Notes: generated by a model not told the origin, from the sequence alone. Positions 11,620 to 23,354 are shown, counted from the first letter of the stretch. The stretch: 35,379 bases of DNA from Trichodelitschia bisporula (GCA_010356995.1 ML996692.1:1368205-1403583), one strand, 5' to 3'. Made by a program: numbers and translations.

Positions 11620-11711
11620 GCGTTGGTGGTTTAGTGGTAAAATCCGTCGTTGCCATCCGAAGCAATTTGGGACGATTCGACGGGCCCCGGGTTCGATTCC
11701 CGGCCGACGCA
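11620..11711 (+). tRNA. tRNA-Gly(GCC) with 21-nt canonical intron (11656-11676)
   Basis: Acceptor stem GCGTTGG/CCGACGC plus discriminator A, A-box TGGTTTAGTGG, anticodon stem CGTCG/CGACG with GCC at 11652-11654, and T arm CCGGG-TTCGATT-CCCGG. Mature length is 71 nt. Confidence 0.96.
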
Positions 11712-11716
11712 TTTTT
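11712..11716 (+). terminator. RNA polymerase III T-tract terminator
   Basis: TTTTT immediately after the tRNA discriminator base. Confidence 0.8.
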
Positions 11717-12258
11717 GCCATTCAAGTGTTGAAGGTGGCTTTGGACTGTCGCTACGCTCGGCTACCTTTATGCCACGCCGAGGACCGAGTTCTTTTTTCC
11801 CGCCAGGCGTGCGAGGTCCCGTGTTAAGCAGCCGAGATTGGCGACGGTTCAAGCGAAAGGAGACTGCCGATGGGCTGGGACACTTTTGTTTTGGCCAATA
11901 TAAAGGGCTAATTGGCTGACGGGAAGTTCGAAGGCTGGCGGAGTGGCTTTAGGGCAGAGTGAGTGCGGGCTTTGGGGTGAGGTCGACGGGTTGACGGAGG
12001 CGATGGATGAGAGTGAACACGAGCAAGTGGTACCAGTGATGATGTCCAATGAGTTGGAGGCTCCATCTCCCGTCGTATCAATCAGAGGGTCAGCCTTTGT
12101 CATTACCGGACGTGACGTGAGTGTCTTTGTCCGCTTCCAAGCCGCGTAGCCGGGTCAGCCTAATCCTCTGCCCCAGCAGCATCAACTCTCGACGCTCATC
12201 CGCTCAGCAGCCAGCGTCATTGATCGACCCATTAAATGTAGACATTACATACCAACAC

Positions 12259-13125
12259 TCAGTACGTCGCCCTCGCCAACCACGGCGCACACCCCTCATA
12301 CAACGCCTTGATACTCGCATCTTGCCCCACAGCCCGCGCCCACAACCCCTCATCCACAAGCCGGAACGCATGCAACATACTCACAACCACGAAATCCGCA
12401 TACGAAGCTGCACCGTTAGCCCCCACCCCGCCCCACACACAGAGGATGTGCAACTCACGCATCGCCCCCATCAAGAACGGCCCCCCACTCGCCCTCAACA
12501 ACCCCGCAAGCTCCCTAAATCCTGTCCCTGCCTGCGCCCACGCGCCCTCCACCTCCGTCCCCGCCGCCAACCGGCTCAAATGCATCCCAAACTCCCCCTC
12601 GCGCTTCGCGTGATAGTCCGCCGCGCTCGCCGGCCCCAACAGCACCTCCGGCACCCGCGGGAGATACAGCCCGGCGAGGGGGTATATAATGCTCGGCACG
12701 AGGGCCTCTATGCGCGCCCACAGCGGCGAGTCCAGGTGCAGGGAGGGGTGGGAGGGGTATGCGGCTTCGAGGGCGGGGGCGATGTTCGCGGAGTCCATGA
12801 CCAGGGCGCCGGAGGGGAGGCGCACGGTTGGGATGGTGTAGGGGACGTTGGGGATGCCGCCGGGGGGGCGGGGGGGGATTCCGCTGGTTTGGTTAGAGGG
12901 GGGGGTTGACGGGGGTGGGGGGCGTACAGGCTGGAGAGTTTGGGGGTGATTTCGGGGTACTCGAGCCACTCGGTTTTGTACGGTATGCCCTTGTAGTTCA
13001 GCGCGAGGCGGGCTGGTCGGTCAGCTTCGTACCCCACAATCGGAGGATCACATACTCTTCCACGGATTAGGGCTCCAGCACCCACTCCCATCGCGCGTCG
13101 GGATATCGTAGAGCAGAAGCGTCAT
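12259..13125 (-). CDS. Fungal glutathione S-transferase (GST-N/C), 4 exons: 13125-13056, 13012-12928, 12883-12459, 12407-12259
   Basis: Spliced product reads CWSPNPWKTRLALNYKGIPYKTEWLEYPEI...YTIPTV...MDSANIA...GGPFLMGAMPSYADF. Introns are 43, 44 and 51 nt, each GT..AG with a CTRAC branch site. Confidence 0.9.
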
Positions 13126-14192
13126 ATCGTCGGTCGCACTCGCCGGCCCGTTTTTCCAAAACAAGAACCCTTTGGACCAAAAGATGCCCATTTGCCGTCC
13201 AGACAACGACAGCCGGAGCGGGGTAGCGGGCGCAGATGTAGATATACGAACGCTTCCCAGCTTCCAGAGCTGTCCCCAGCCAAGCGTTACCCCATTTAGG
13301 CCCCGAGGGCAACGCACGGTGCGGCTGCGCCGAATGCGGTAATCGCTGGAGGGCAGAAGGCTGGGCTAGGCGGCGTGCTATTGGCCCGAGGGGCGCGGCG
13401 AGGCGGGGAAGGATCGGGAGCCGGCTGAAAAGTCGTGGCAGCCAGTTTCAGGCGGGTTTGCGGACTGGGCAGCTACAACATTTGCGTGTGGGCCGTAGCA
13501 GGCAGTGAACGGGGGGTGCCTGGCTTTTCATGCGCTCCACCACCCTGCTGTGTTGGCGGGGCAGAGGCGACGCAAGCACGGCCCTGGTTCTTCAGCCTGC
13601 CGTGCCTGAGTGAAGAGCAGCGCATACCGCGGTGGTGGTGCGGAAGCGGGGTCGCGGACAGCATTGGAGTACCGTAGGTACGACTGATAGCGTGCTTCAG
13701 TTCGTACTATGGATCGGTAGCACATCCCCACGGTCTCCCCACACCCAATTGATGATCGCGGCGCGATCAAGCACCACACGCGCATCAGCAGTGCCCAAAA
13801 CGGGAATTGTACGTCGAAAGCCAGCCCCTCACCGCCAAAAGGCGCGACATGCAAGCCCCCCCCCCCCCACATGCGCATGTTCCGACTCTCCGACCTCCCG
13901 CACCCGAAGCCGTGGTCTCGACAGCCGAGCCGCATGCGCCCTGGCCGCGAGGGCGTTGTGGCTGTCCTCGGCGCATAACGAGCGGCAGACATCGCAGCCA
14001 AATCACGTGTAGGGTACAGCAATGTATGAATCGAGGCTAGCGGTGAGGAGAGGGGTGAGTAGACGTTATTCAGCACGCCTCGAAAAGAGTTAAGATGTCT
14101 ATGTACTCCGGATATGCCATCCCCACGTAAACGCCGTCAAGATACTCTACATGCTTCCCCGCAGATCGCTATTCCAATGCCCCGCTGCTTGG

Positions 14193-15503
14193 TCATACCT
14201 CAACGAGCGGGTGTGCTTCGAACCACCGCAGCAGCGTCTGGTACATGACGAGCATGGTCCCAGACTGCACGCTCGTCCACACGGCGCGCGGCCCCACCCC
14301 GCGGAACCAGCCCGCCATACCCTCGCTGCGGTAAATGATGCGCAGTCCTCTAATCACCGACGACGTGTCGAGCGTGGCGGCCGAATGCGCGCGAAGCGTG
14401 GTGGAGGGGGAGGAAGTGGAGATTGGTCGGCGCGCGGTTCTAGCCGTTGGATCTATGCCCGGTGTCTTGGTTGTATGCTTCGGGGTGGCGGTCGAGGGGG
14501 CAGGGGGGCGCACACCCTCCGGGTGTTGCGTCTGGATCCGGGTCTTGACTACGTCCAGCGGGCATGTGAGCACGCCCGCCATGCCGCCGGCCGTCGCCCC
14601 GGTGAGGATCTCCAGTGGGAGGCCAATATCGCGGTTGCCGACCCACATCTTCGCCAGCTTCTGCTCTTGCTCGTAGAAGGCGAACTGCAGCGCCGAAAAC
14701 GGCAGGTCTCGGAAGAGCGTCGCCTTGTAGCCGTAGAAGAGAGCACCCCAGCCCTCGGTGCGCACGATGCTGCGCAGCGCATGCGCTGTGCTGCGGTAGT
14801 TGTACCCGCTGTTGAAGAACGGGTTGTTGTGCCGGCCCTGCAGCTGAAGGCGCGTCTTGAGCACCTCGGACGGGACATAGAGCGGCGACGCGGCGAAGTC
14901 GGCGATGAACCCTGGGGTTAGGGTTAGGGTTAAGGTCAGACACCACATGATGAAAAAGTACGCACCTCCCGCCAGATACGCAGCCCACGGCGTGACCCCC
15001 GCATCGAGCATTTTCCGCTTGCTCCACTCGTACGTCCCAAAAAAAATGACCGTCCCCGAAAACGACCCCAACAGCGCCGGCACCACGCCGCCGTACAGCC
15101 CCCGCCGCACGCCCTCTTGGCGCAGGATGGTGTAGTAGCTCGAGCCCATGGACGTATACTTAGGGGGCATGTGCGGGTCGCCCTGCTGGCGCGTCTTAAC
15201 CGTGTCGAGCGAGTGCATCAGCATGTCGCCCGTCGTTCCGCCGAAGCCGCCGGCGAGCATTGCCTTTTCCGTCAGCATTGCAGTTTCGCTCATACGGAGC
15301 CAGTTGTTTCTTACGTGCAAGTACGGCGGCCGCGCAGCCTCCGCATCGTCCTGCGCCATGTCTTCTGCCGGCCGTCTAGTATCCGGCCGTCCTGTATGCG
15401 TCGCGCTCGAGGTTGCCGGATTCTCGTGCGCATCATGCGGGCTTGCACCGGTTGCGAGGGGGGTGGGGCGCAGGTTGGAGGTGGCCGGCTCGGCCACGAC
15501 CAT
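14193..15503 (-). CDS. Mitochondrial carrier (SLC25), Mme1/YMR166C-like; introns 15264-15314 and 14912-14965
   Basis: Three carrier signature repeats (HSLDTVKTRQQG, PSEVLKTRLQ, PLDVVKTRIQ). MHSLDTVKTRQQG is characteristic of the Mme1 subfamily. Two in-frame GT-AG introns. Confidence 0.9.
   Translation of the reverse strand: MVVAEPATSNLRPTPLATGASPHDAHENPATSSATHTGRPDTRRPAEDMAQDDAEAARPPYLHVRNNWLRMSETAMLTEKAMLAGGFGGTTGDMLMHSLDTVKTRQQGDPHMPPKYTSMGSSYYTILRQEGVRRGLYGGVVPALLGSFSGTVIFFGTYEWSKRKMLDAGVTPWAAYLAGGAYFFIMWCLTLTLTLTPGFIADFAASPLYVPSEVLKTRLQLQGRHNNPFFNSGYNYRSTAHALRSIVRTEGWGALFYGYKATLFRDLPFSALQFAFYEQEQKLAKMWVGNRDIGLPLEILTGATAGGMAGVLTCPLDVVKTRIQTQHPEGVRPPAPSTATPKHTTKTPGIDPTARTARRPISTSSPSTTLRAHSAATLDTSSVIRGLRIIYRSEGMAGWFRGVGPRAVWTSVQSGTMLVMYQTLLRWFEAHPLVEV
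14915..14935 (+). repeat. Telomere-like repeat inside intron, overlapping the branch site
   Basis: Sense strand reads ccttaaccctaaccctaaccccag, so the CTAAC branch motifs are part of the repeat. Confidence 0.85.
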
Positions 15504-17707
15504 TTAGCGCGCTGCGGTGGTGTGCAATGGGAGCTATGAGGGACGCATGCGAGATGGAGCGGGAGCAATGGGTTGGCGCGGTGTTGGACAGGTGGTGGTG
15601 GTGGTGATAGTAGTGCTGCTGTCTATGACGGCGTGAATGTTCGGAAAATTCGAGAGTTGATGCCTGCGGCTTGGCGGTGATGCCGCAAGTCCCCGCCGCC
15701 GGCCGAGCTCGCTGCCGACTTGCTTCACCGCAACGACGACCTGAAAGACCTTGAGATTGCCATTGAGTCGTCATGTACTTCATTGCTACTTACACTTTGC
15801 AACTCCTATGCAACAGGCTCACATCCTGCAGTAAACAAACAAACTGTCCCGTCCGCATTCGGACAGCTCCCCCAATGGTGCAAAGCGGCAGGCAGGCTAA
15901 CCACCACAGCCCATCCACCGAGCATATTCCCTTCTTGTCAAGCTCCTAGCTCAAGCTTCAGCAGCCAAAACGCGCCTCTCCCGACCTGCCTATCAAACTC
16001 CTCACCCTGCGCCCCGGTCCTCCTATCAACCACTCCGCAGCCGGCCCCTCACCCGCGCCCAAATGACATCCTCCGTCTTCGAACGCGCAAGCCCCCTCGT
16101 CGCCCTCCTCGCCTTGACGCACTATGCCAACGCTGTTGAGTATGCCTGGGATAGCCGCAAGAAGCTGCCGCAGCTGGTGGATCAGACTAGTGCACGATTG
16201 CCCTCTCAGAGCTCCCTCGTACTGACAGGGCTAGTCTCGCACATTCAAATGGTCCCATTCCCATCCGAGGAAGCCGCTCCAGCATAGAACTCGGATAGAC
16301 GCACACGCGGGACACGGTGTACGCCGCCGGGGTGCATCTCGGGCTGGCATGTGGGCTGGCAGAGGCGCGCGGGGGCGGGTGTAGACCACTCGTGATGAAC
16401 GGGGTTCGGCAGCGATTGTTACACCGCCGCCTCGGTCTAGACCCTCTTTCTTCAACTATTGAGAAGATAGGCCCCGGGTCAGCTGGTTTGCTTTTGTCCT
16501 CTATACTGTTGTAAGCTTCGGCTAAATGGCAGCCAGCGGCAACGTAAGGCTGTGTGGACCAGGGGTCTCCAACTGTAAGTATCAATGAACATCCTTCTGC
16601 TGAATTGACTTGCTGCTCTGCTAGCATGGTGCCATTTGTGATCCTTCATCGGCAGGGTCTCTTCTGCAGGATGTCGTCTCCGATTCCCGCATATGCTCCA
16701 GTTGCTTCGGAGCGACGTCTATTGGACTTAAAGGGCCATTTTTTCAGACGCCGTCCATCCATCCAATCCCCTTTTCAGAACATAACTGGGTTAACCACCG
16801 CCCTCGCACTGATATTCGATCCATCAAAAGCATGCATATGTCAGGTCTTTGCCGTCAGACCCTCTTTCGGCAATTAAGCGAGTTGCAGCCCCGAAGCGAC
16901 ATCCGTTCTCCCCAAATTGCGGGCCACTCAGATCGAATCTCTCAAAGCAAGAAACTTCTGGGCCGTTAATCCAGCAAATTCTGTATCGGGCAATTAAAAA
17001 GCCTGCCGCATCAACATATCCCTGGTTCTCTTTCACGCGGCCTTGTTTGATTTCCCAATCACGCCACAAAGACCCATTCCGAGACAGCTAACAAAGCAGA
17101 CAAAGAGCCGCCTTGTGCATCCCGAGACCCTCATTCGCCCTCCCGTAACAGTCTAGACCCTTTCCCATGACCGCATTTCCGGAAGCTTTCCAAATGGGAA
17201 AGTGGTCAAGTATGTCCCGGCATGAAGGGTGTGCGGCTTAGCATCTTCAGCCCGTAAGGAGGATGTCTTGCCTTTGGAGAGTGGGGACGGCTGTAGAGTC
17301 TGGATGGGATTCAAACATGCAGTTGGGTTCTGGGCTGGCCGCGCGATCAGCCTGAAGGGGGATGTGCTTCGAATGAAGGCGGCATGGCCACACAGCCAGC
17401 CGGTGGGACTGGCGTTGCCCATCAGAGCGCGACTGCGGTTACCACCGCGGGACACTCACGATGGGCTCCCATCGTCATGCTCCGGCGGCAGTGGAATGGG
17501 AGGGCCTCGCGATGCCGGTGGGAGAGACCGACTATGAAGGGGAGCTCATACTTGAGAGCACTTTGCATCTAACAGTCGGCCGAGTTCATCTACAGCCAAA
17601 TCCTCCGACCATTTCCGCATCGCGGCGGCACGGTTACACCTATATCTCGTATGTGTTCCATTCGCTGCTTCCCAGATTTGATTCACATCAATCGCATTCG
17701 CCATCAG

Positions 17708-19595
17708 CTACACCGACAACCACGACTCCATCGGCGTTGAGTCCACATCCGCAACAATCGACTCACCAGCACGCGGGAGGAAATCAGCCGGCGTCACAGC
17801 AAACTTGCCATAAAAGGGGAGACTGAAGACCAAGTCCTCCCCCGCCCCCGTATCCCCCATCTCCACCAACCCCTTCGAAACCCGCCACCCTTCCGTCCAC
17901 CCCTTCTCCTCATATGCCCGCACCGTCCCATCCAGCAGCCCCCAGTCCCCGCCCTCCACCGCCGCATACTCAAACCCCCCATATCCCTGCAGCGCTAGAC
18001 ACAGCACCACCGCCGCACTGAGCCCCGTCTCGCTGAACCCGCCGCGGAACCCCGGATCCAGGGGCGAGAAATCGAGCCGCTTGGCGATGAGCAGGATCTT
18101 GCGCGCCGGGACGATGCAGCGGGCCAGCGCGTGGCCCCGTGGCGCGTGCCCCGAGGCTCGCGGCCGCAGCATCGACGGCATGTGCAGCGAGAGGTCGACC
18201 TGGTAGAAGCCCATGTGGACGAGCAAATTTCCGACCCGGCGGCGATTCTCCATCGCTGTCTCCGGGCCCTGTCCCCAAAATGACGCCGGCATGGATGAGG
18301 CGAGCTGCGTCATCTTGTTGCTCAGCGACTGCAGCTCCGACGTCCTGGTCTGCAAATAGTCAATCACCTTCCCCGCCAGCTGGCACAAGCGGAGGATGAA
18401 ATCGAACACCAGCGGCGGGCCCTGGATCTGCTTGAAGTCGAGGTTGCAGTGAGCGTCGGCGATGGTGTACGGCGTGTTGAGTATCATGTTGCCGAAGCGG
18501 TCTATGGTGTACAGCTGCCACCAGAGCATGTCGGAGTGCGGGGAGTGGCGGGTGCGGTGCAGGCTGATCATTTGTGCGGCGATGGCGCGCCGCCAGATGT
18601 GTGAGCTGCGCACGATGTTTCCGGTTTTGGTGTACAGGGTGCATTGTTTGACGGCGCATTGGATCCCGTCGAGCGAGTTCAGGTACTCGTCGTCGGCGAT
18701 TATGTACCGGTCCACGACCCCGAGGAGTCGGAGAAGGCTGGCGTCGTCGGCTGTGGCGGCGATGGCGAGAGCGACTTGCGCTACGTCGTGCGGCGAGCTG
18801 TGCGAGAAGGCCTTCTGGGAAAAGGTCTCGAGTGACTCGGTCTGCACTCCGTGGAGCCAAGGCGAGGTAGACCAGGTGTGGTTGCTGCGCTGCAGCGCTG
18901 CCTTCAGTTCGTCCCCACGCGGTAGGGCGGCCGTCAGCACCTGGTACACCTTGATGTCCTTGACTTCATGGTCGAACATAGACGTGATCTCTAGGATAGA
19001 CTCGGAGTAGTCATCCGGTGACGGGTCTCTTGCCACACGTTGCAACGGCAAACGTTGTGCCGGCAGCGGGAGCGCCCCCCTGACCTGCTCACGTCGAAAC
19101 TCCTCGAGCTCTTTGCGGTTCTCCTTGACCTCCCTCAGCAGCTCATCCAGTGAGTTTCGACCCTAGCGATGCGCTCTCGCAGGTTTCGCCCCGACCGGAG
19201 GACTTCGGCTGGTGGGGCTTCGACGCGCTGGCTGATGCATTTCTCGCCGCGAGCAAAGCATTCGGCACATGGCTCGCTTCGGCCGGATGTGTATTCGCAT
19301 TTGATTTTGCGGCGGTGACCCTGATCTTGTCAGCGTACGACGACTGTGAACCTGGAGTGATGAAGAACTCACATCCAGTGCAGCTGTAGGTCTCCTTGCG
19401 GCGGACGACTCGCTTGGAGACGGTGCCTTCGCGCGATGAGGATAGTGCTTGTCCCTCTGGGTTAGAGTTGAAATTGAGGTTGAGGTTGTACCGAGATTCA
19501 CATGTGCTGATGTGCGGATGTGCGGATGTGCGGATGTGCGGAGATGGATCGTCCCGTGTTTGAGATTGATGGAGGCAGGAAAGCGAAACGGCCAT
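17708..19595 (-). pseudogene. Zn(II)2Cys6 transcription factor with two apparent 1-nt frameshifts (pseudogene or assembly errors)
   Basis: RKETYSCTG|intron 19372-19321|CHRRKIKC...PCAECFARGEKC is a binuclear cluster only if one G at 19319-19321 is removed. That frame stops at 19135-19137 unless one base is added near 19155-19157, which joins it to the long ORF carrying a fungal TF middle domain (WWQLYTIDRFGNMILNTPY). Start codon uncertain. Confidence 0.8.
19509..19542 (+). repeat. Tandem 8-mer (GATGTGCG)x4
   Basis: Four perfect copies, preceded by a degenerate copy (catgtgct). Confidence 0.9.
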
Positions 19596-19846
19596 GCTAA
19601 TGGGATGCTTTTAGACCTAACTTTGATATTACGTGTCCCGGCGTGATCCCCGGGGAAATGGCTGCGAACTGTGGACGCCTCCAGATCCTTTTAAGGAGGA
19701 TGCATCCCATGGACGGGAGCCTGTCGATTGAAGGAACAAATTCTCTATCACGTACTGGCGGCAAGATCTTCGGGCAGATCGTCTGGAGAATATCATTGCG
19801 CCACAAGGCTAGGTGAAAGAGCAAGCCGTGGCCATTCCCGGCCCAT

Positions 19847-19861
19847 GGGTTAGGGTTAGGG
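19847..19861 (+). repeat. Short interstitial telomere-like repeat
   Basis: gggttagggttaggg upstream of the Zn2Cys6 gene. Confidence 0.75.
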
Positions 19862-20128
19862 CTCGGATATGGAGCGGATATAAAGCCCCGCCGAATGCTT
19901 TCAGCTGAGTGTGGGGGAATTTGTCGGGGACGAGCACTAGGTAAAGAAGGGCTAGAAACAGGCCTTGCGCTCGGATCACACGTTCTCAATGAGGATGGTG
20001 ATGCCTTGCTTGACAGTTGCCGACAGCACGCAGTAGAAGCCGGATGCCTGTACGTGGAATGAGCGCTCGTGTATAAAGGCCGGGTTCAAGAAAATGCACA
20101 TTGAAAGATGCTCGATTACTCCATGCCG

Positions 20129-21996
20129 CTATGCGCCCCCTGGCCCCCCTATTGCCCCATAAACGCCAGCAAAATCCAACCGTGACAGCTGCCCATTCAG
20201 CCGGTCAATCTCCGCCGCCAGGTCTTCCACGTTCTGCCCCAGGCTGGCCGCCTCGTCGAAGCGACGCTTCTTCTTCGCGTCTGCTAGCATTTCACCGACG
20301 ATGAAGCGCTGTTCCTCGAGCACCACGAGCCGCTCGCGCAGCTCCCTCTCTTCCGCCTCCATGCTTTCGAGCGCGCTGCTGGCCTGGCTGCCGGTGTCGA
20401 GGTCGTTCAGCCTTATGGACGCGAGCGCCGGCTTTCCCGCCCCGTGGGGCGACGCGTGCTTGAGTATCCGCGGAAGCGCCTTGAGCGGCAGCATGTGCAG
20501 ATGTAGGAAACTTGTGGCCTGCTGGTAGACGGCTTTTTGCAGGCGCGCCTGTGTCGGCGATGACGTCGGCAGGTCACGGATGCGGCGGGCAGCGCCCTCG
20601 TACTGCACAAAGGCATCCGTCAGGCGCTTGCGCACCTTCTGTGCATCGGCAATGTCCGCCTGCGACGGTGGTTTCTCCGCGTCCTGCAACGAGGAAAGCA
20701 ACCGCTGGAATCGCGGCAGCAGCAGTCGGATACCGCGTTCAAACTGTGCGAGATTGTCGTACGACCGCTGATCGGGCGGCTTGTGCTCGAGCGCCTTTGC
20801 GAAGTCGGCTTTACTGAAAAGTGTGTGACGGCAGTCTTTGCACATGCGGACGTCCACTGTGCCGCCGGGGATGTTGAGCCCGACAAGCTGCGAGCACTCA
20901 GTTCGCGGGTCGCCGCATACGACGCGCCCACACAGGCGGCAATGGTGCCGTCGGAACGAGTACGCGAACTCCTGTTGGCAGAACCGGCATTTGGGCACGC
21001 TGGCGTCGTCCTCCCAGGTGATGACTGATTGTTCGATTACCCGCTGCTTCCCACCGGCCGCAAGTAGCTGGGTGAGCTTTGTGAGGCGCTTCTCTAGCCG
21101 TGCAACTTCGAGATAGTTCTTGTCGACGATGCGGCGGCGCGCGGCTACAAAGTCGGCGGTGTGGTTGCGCTCGAGGCCTGTCCATTAGCCGTCAGTAGCC
21201 GCCGGTATCACCAATAACGTTAACTCACCTCGATGGTCATTGTAGCCCTCTCGCGACGTGTAGCAGGACTCGCACACTCGGCTCCAAGTGCCACGGACCG
21301 GGTCATGGCGTGCGGCGCGGGATAGCTTCATCTCGCATTGTGTGTGCTCGTCGCAGAAGAGCCGTCCGCAGCAGCGGCAGTTCGTCGCGGCGGGGCGTCC
21401 GCAGCCGACCGTACACGCGCTATCGTAGCCCGGGCGCTGCCAGTGCGACCGCGTCACAAATTCCTCGGGTTCGGCGGCCGCTGCCTGCTGCGGCGGGGCA
21501 TCGTCGAGATCGAGCTTGAACTTCTGATTCAGCACGGCGAGCGGCTGGAACTTCTTGGCCTTGCCCATCTGGGCCTTGAACCACGTCTTAACCTCGTCCT
21601 GCTCTATTTCCTCGAGGTTGGCATGCGCATCGTCGATGTGTCTGTGGGGGGTCAGTGGGCGAGTGGCGGCGGGGAGGAGCGTACCGGTTGAGCTGCAAGA
21701 GCGTCATCTGGACGGGTCAGCGGTCAACGGTCAGAGTGAGGATCCTTCAGTGAGCTCACCATCTCCTCGTTGCATATTGGACACACGAGCCGCTCGCTCG
21801 CCGTGGCCGCGGCGCCATCGGACACCTTCGAAGCGAGGTCCTGGGACAGCTGCGAGGACAGTGACAGGGACGACTCGGAGGGTGATAGTAAGCTGGCATT
21901 GCGTGTGTGCTTTGGAGCAGGTGGAGCAGAGGCGGGAGGTGTAGGCGGAGCCGCACTGCCCAAAACGCGCCCGCGGCGTGGGGGCCTGCCCGTCAT
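20129..21996 (-). CDS. PEP7: Pep7/Vac1 (rabenosyn-5 orthologue); exons 21996-21760, 21707-21685, 21641-21229, 21177-20129
   Basis: Splicing builds a C2H2 finger (CPICNEEMMTLLQLNRHIDDAH), an atypical FYVE (HWQ...NCRCCGRLFC...RVCESC), a canonical FYVE (WEDD...RRHHCRLCGRVVC...RMCKDC) and a C-terminal coiled coil/Rab-binding tail (KRRFDEAASLGQNVEDL). Confidence 0.92.
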
Positions 21997-22188
21997 GATG
22001 GTGATGTTGTGAGGTTGTGCCAAGGTGGTGCGGGGATCAGCGGTTACGATCAGCACTGAACTGTAACATCCAACATCGACCGTGCCATCAGATCACCAGG
22101 CGCTTTGTCATTCTGTCTTTCAGGCATTCATTCAATGGATATTCAAACTCAAGACGCTAACAATCTCATCTAGCCATCAGACAACATC

Positions 22189-23071
22189 TCAGCTCTCCAT
22201 GTCAAACAAGATAAACTCGGCCGCCCTCCCCCCGACGCTCTCAATCGCCACCGACTCGCTCGTCTCGATGAACGCCCCATCTCCCTCGCCCAGTACTGTG
22301 CCTCCAATGCGCAGTTGCGCACCGTCGGCAGGCTGTGTCCGGTCGCTCATCACAACTTGCACATAAACTTTGCGCGGGCCCGGTACCACCAGCTCATGCG
22401 TGACACTCTTTCCCGGCGAGAGAATGCTCGCAAGCATCGTGACGTCGGCGTGTGCGGGAATGGCGTTCCCGGTGGCCCGGTCGACCGAGTCCACGATGCG
22501 CACCAGCTTGTTCTCCTTCGAGGCGTCATCGAACTTGCGCGTGGCGTACGAGGGCTTCAGCCCGCGAACGTTGGGCTTCGCCCAGATTTGGAGGAGATGC
22601 GCATCCTGCTGGTCAGCTGCATTCTACATAGCTCCCGAAAAAACGTACTACTTCGTTGTTGCGGTTGTACTCGCTGTGACGGATGCCCGTCCCGGCGCTC
22701 GTAAACTGCACCTCGCCGCGATGCACCGTCTCCACGTTGCCCATGCTGTCGCGGTGCTCGAGTTCGCCGCTAACCATGTAGGTCCAAATCAGGAACTCGG
22801 CGTGAGGGTGCTTGCCGAAGCCAGTGCCGCGCTCGACTCGGTCCTCGTTGATGACGCGCAGCGGGCCGAAGGACTCGAACTTGGGTTCGTAGTAGTTGGC
22901 GAAGCTGAAACTATGGAAGGTGTGCAGCCAGCCGTGGTCGGCGTGGCCGCGAGCGTCCCACGGACGCTTGGTGATGGTTGTCATTGCAGAGGTTGAAGCG
23001 AAGCGGATGGATCTAGGGATGGAGGAAGCAATGGGAGTCGAGCGTAAGGTCAAGAGGCGAGAGCGGATCAT
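22189..23071 (-). CDS. Pirin-like bicupin protein (YhhW/quercetinase-like); intron 22606-22648
   Basis: RGHADHGWLHTFHSFSFANY, LRVINEDRV, GFGKHPH, SAGTGIRHSEYN, and LLQIW after splicing. An alternative ATG lies at 22984. Confidence 0.92.
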
Positions 23072-23354
23072 GGAATTGGAGGCGGAATGAGCATCTCCTT
23101 TGCTAGAGGGTTGTCTTTATACTTGGGGCCACAGACGGAAAGGAAGCCGCGAGATGCCATTATGTCAGGAGTTGGTGATGCTTTGGCGAAGTGACCAACC
23201 AGTGCCACCAAAGCGCTGACGCACTGCTTGGAAATCCGTATATGCCAAGCCACCGGCATGCGCCACACTTTCGTCCGGTCTGGTATTGCTGGGGACATGC
23301 TGCGAATGCATCACCAATCTTCTGACTAAGCTACGTTCTACAACATCCTGAGTC

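Noticed and set aside
11943..12149. Small ORF with upstream TATA-like motif, and a GTGATGA C-box-like motif
   Set aside because: Too short to support a gene call, and there is no matching D box or terminal stem for a snoRNA.
15504..17707. Telomerase RNA candidate on size grounds (~2 kb gap)
   Set aside because: No TAACCCTAA template sequence seen on either strand.
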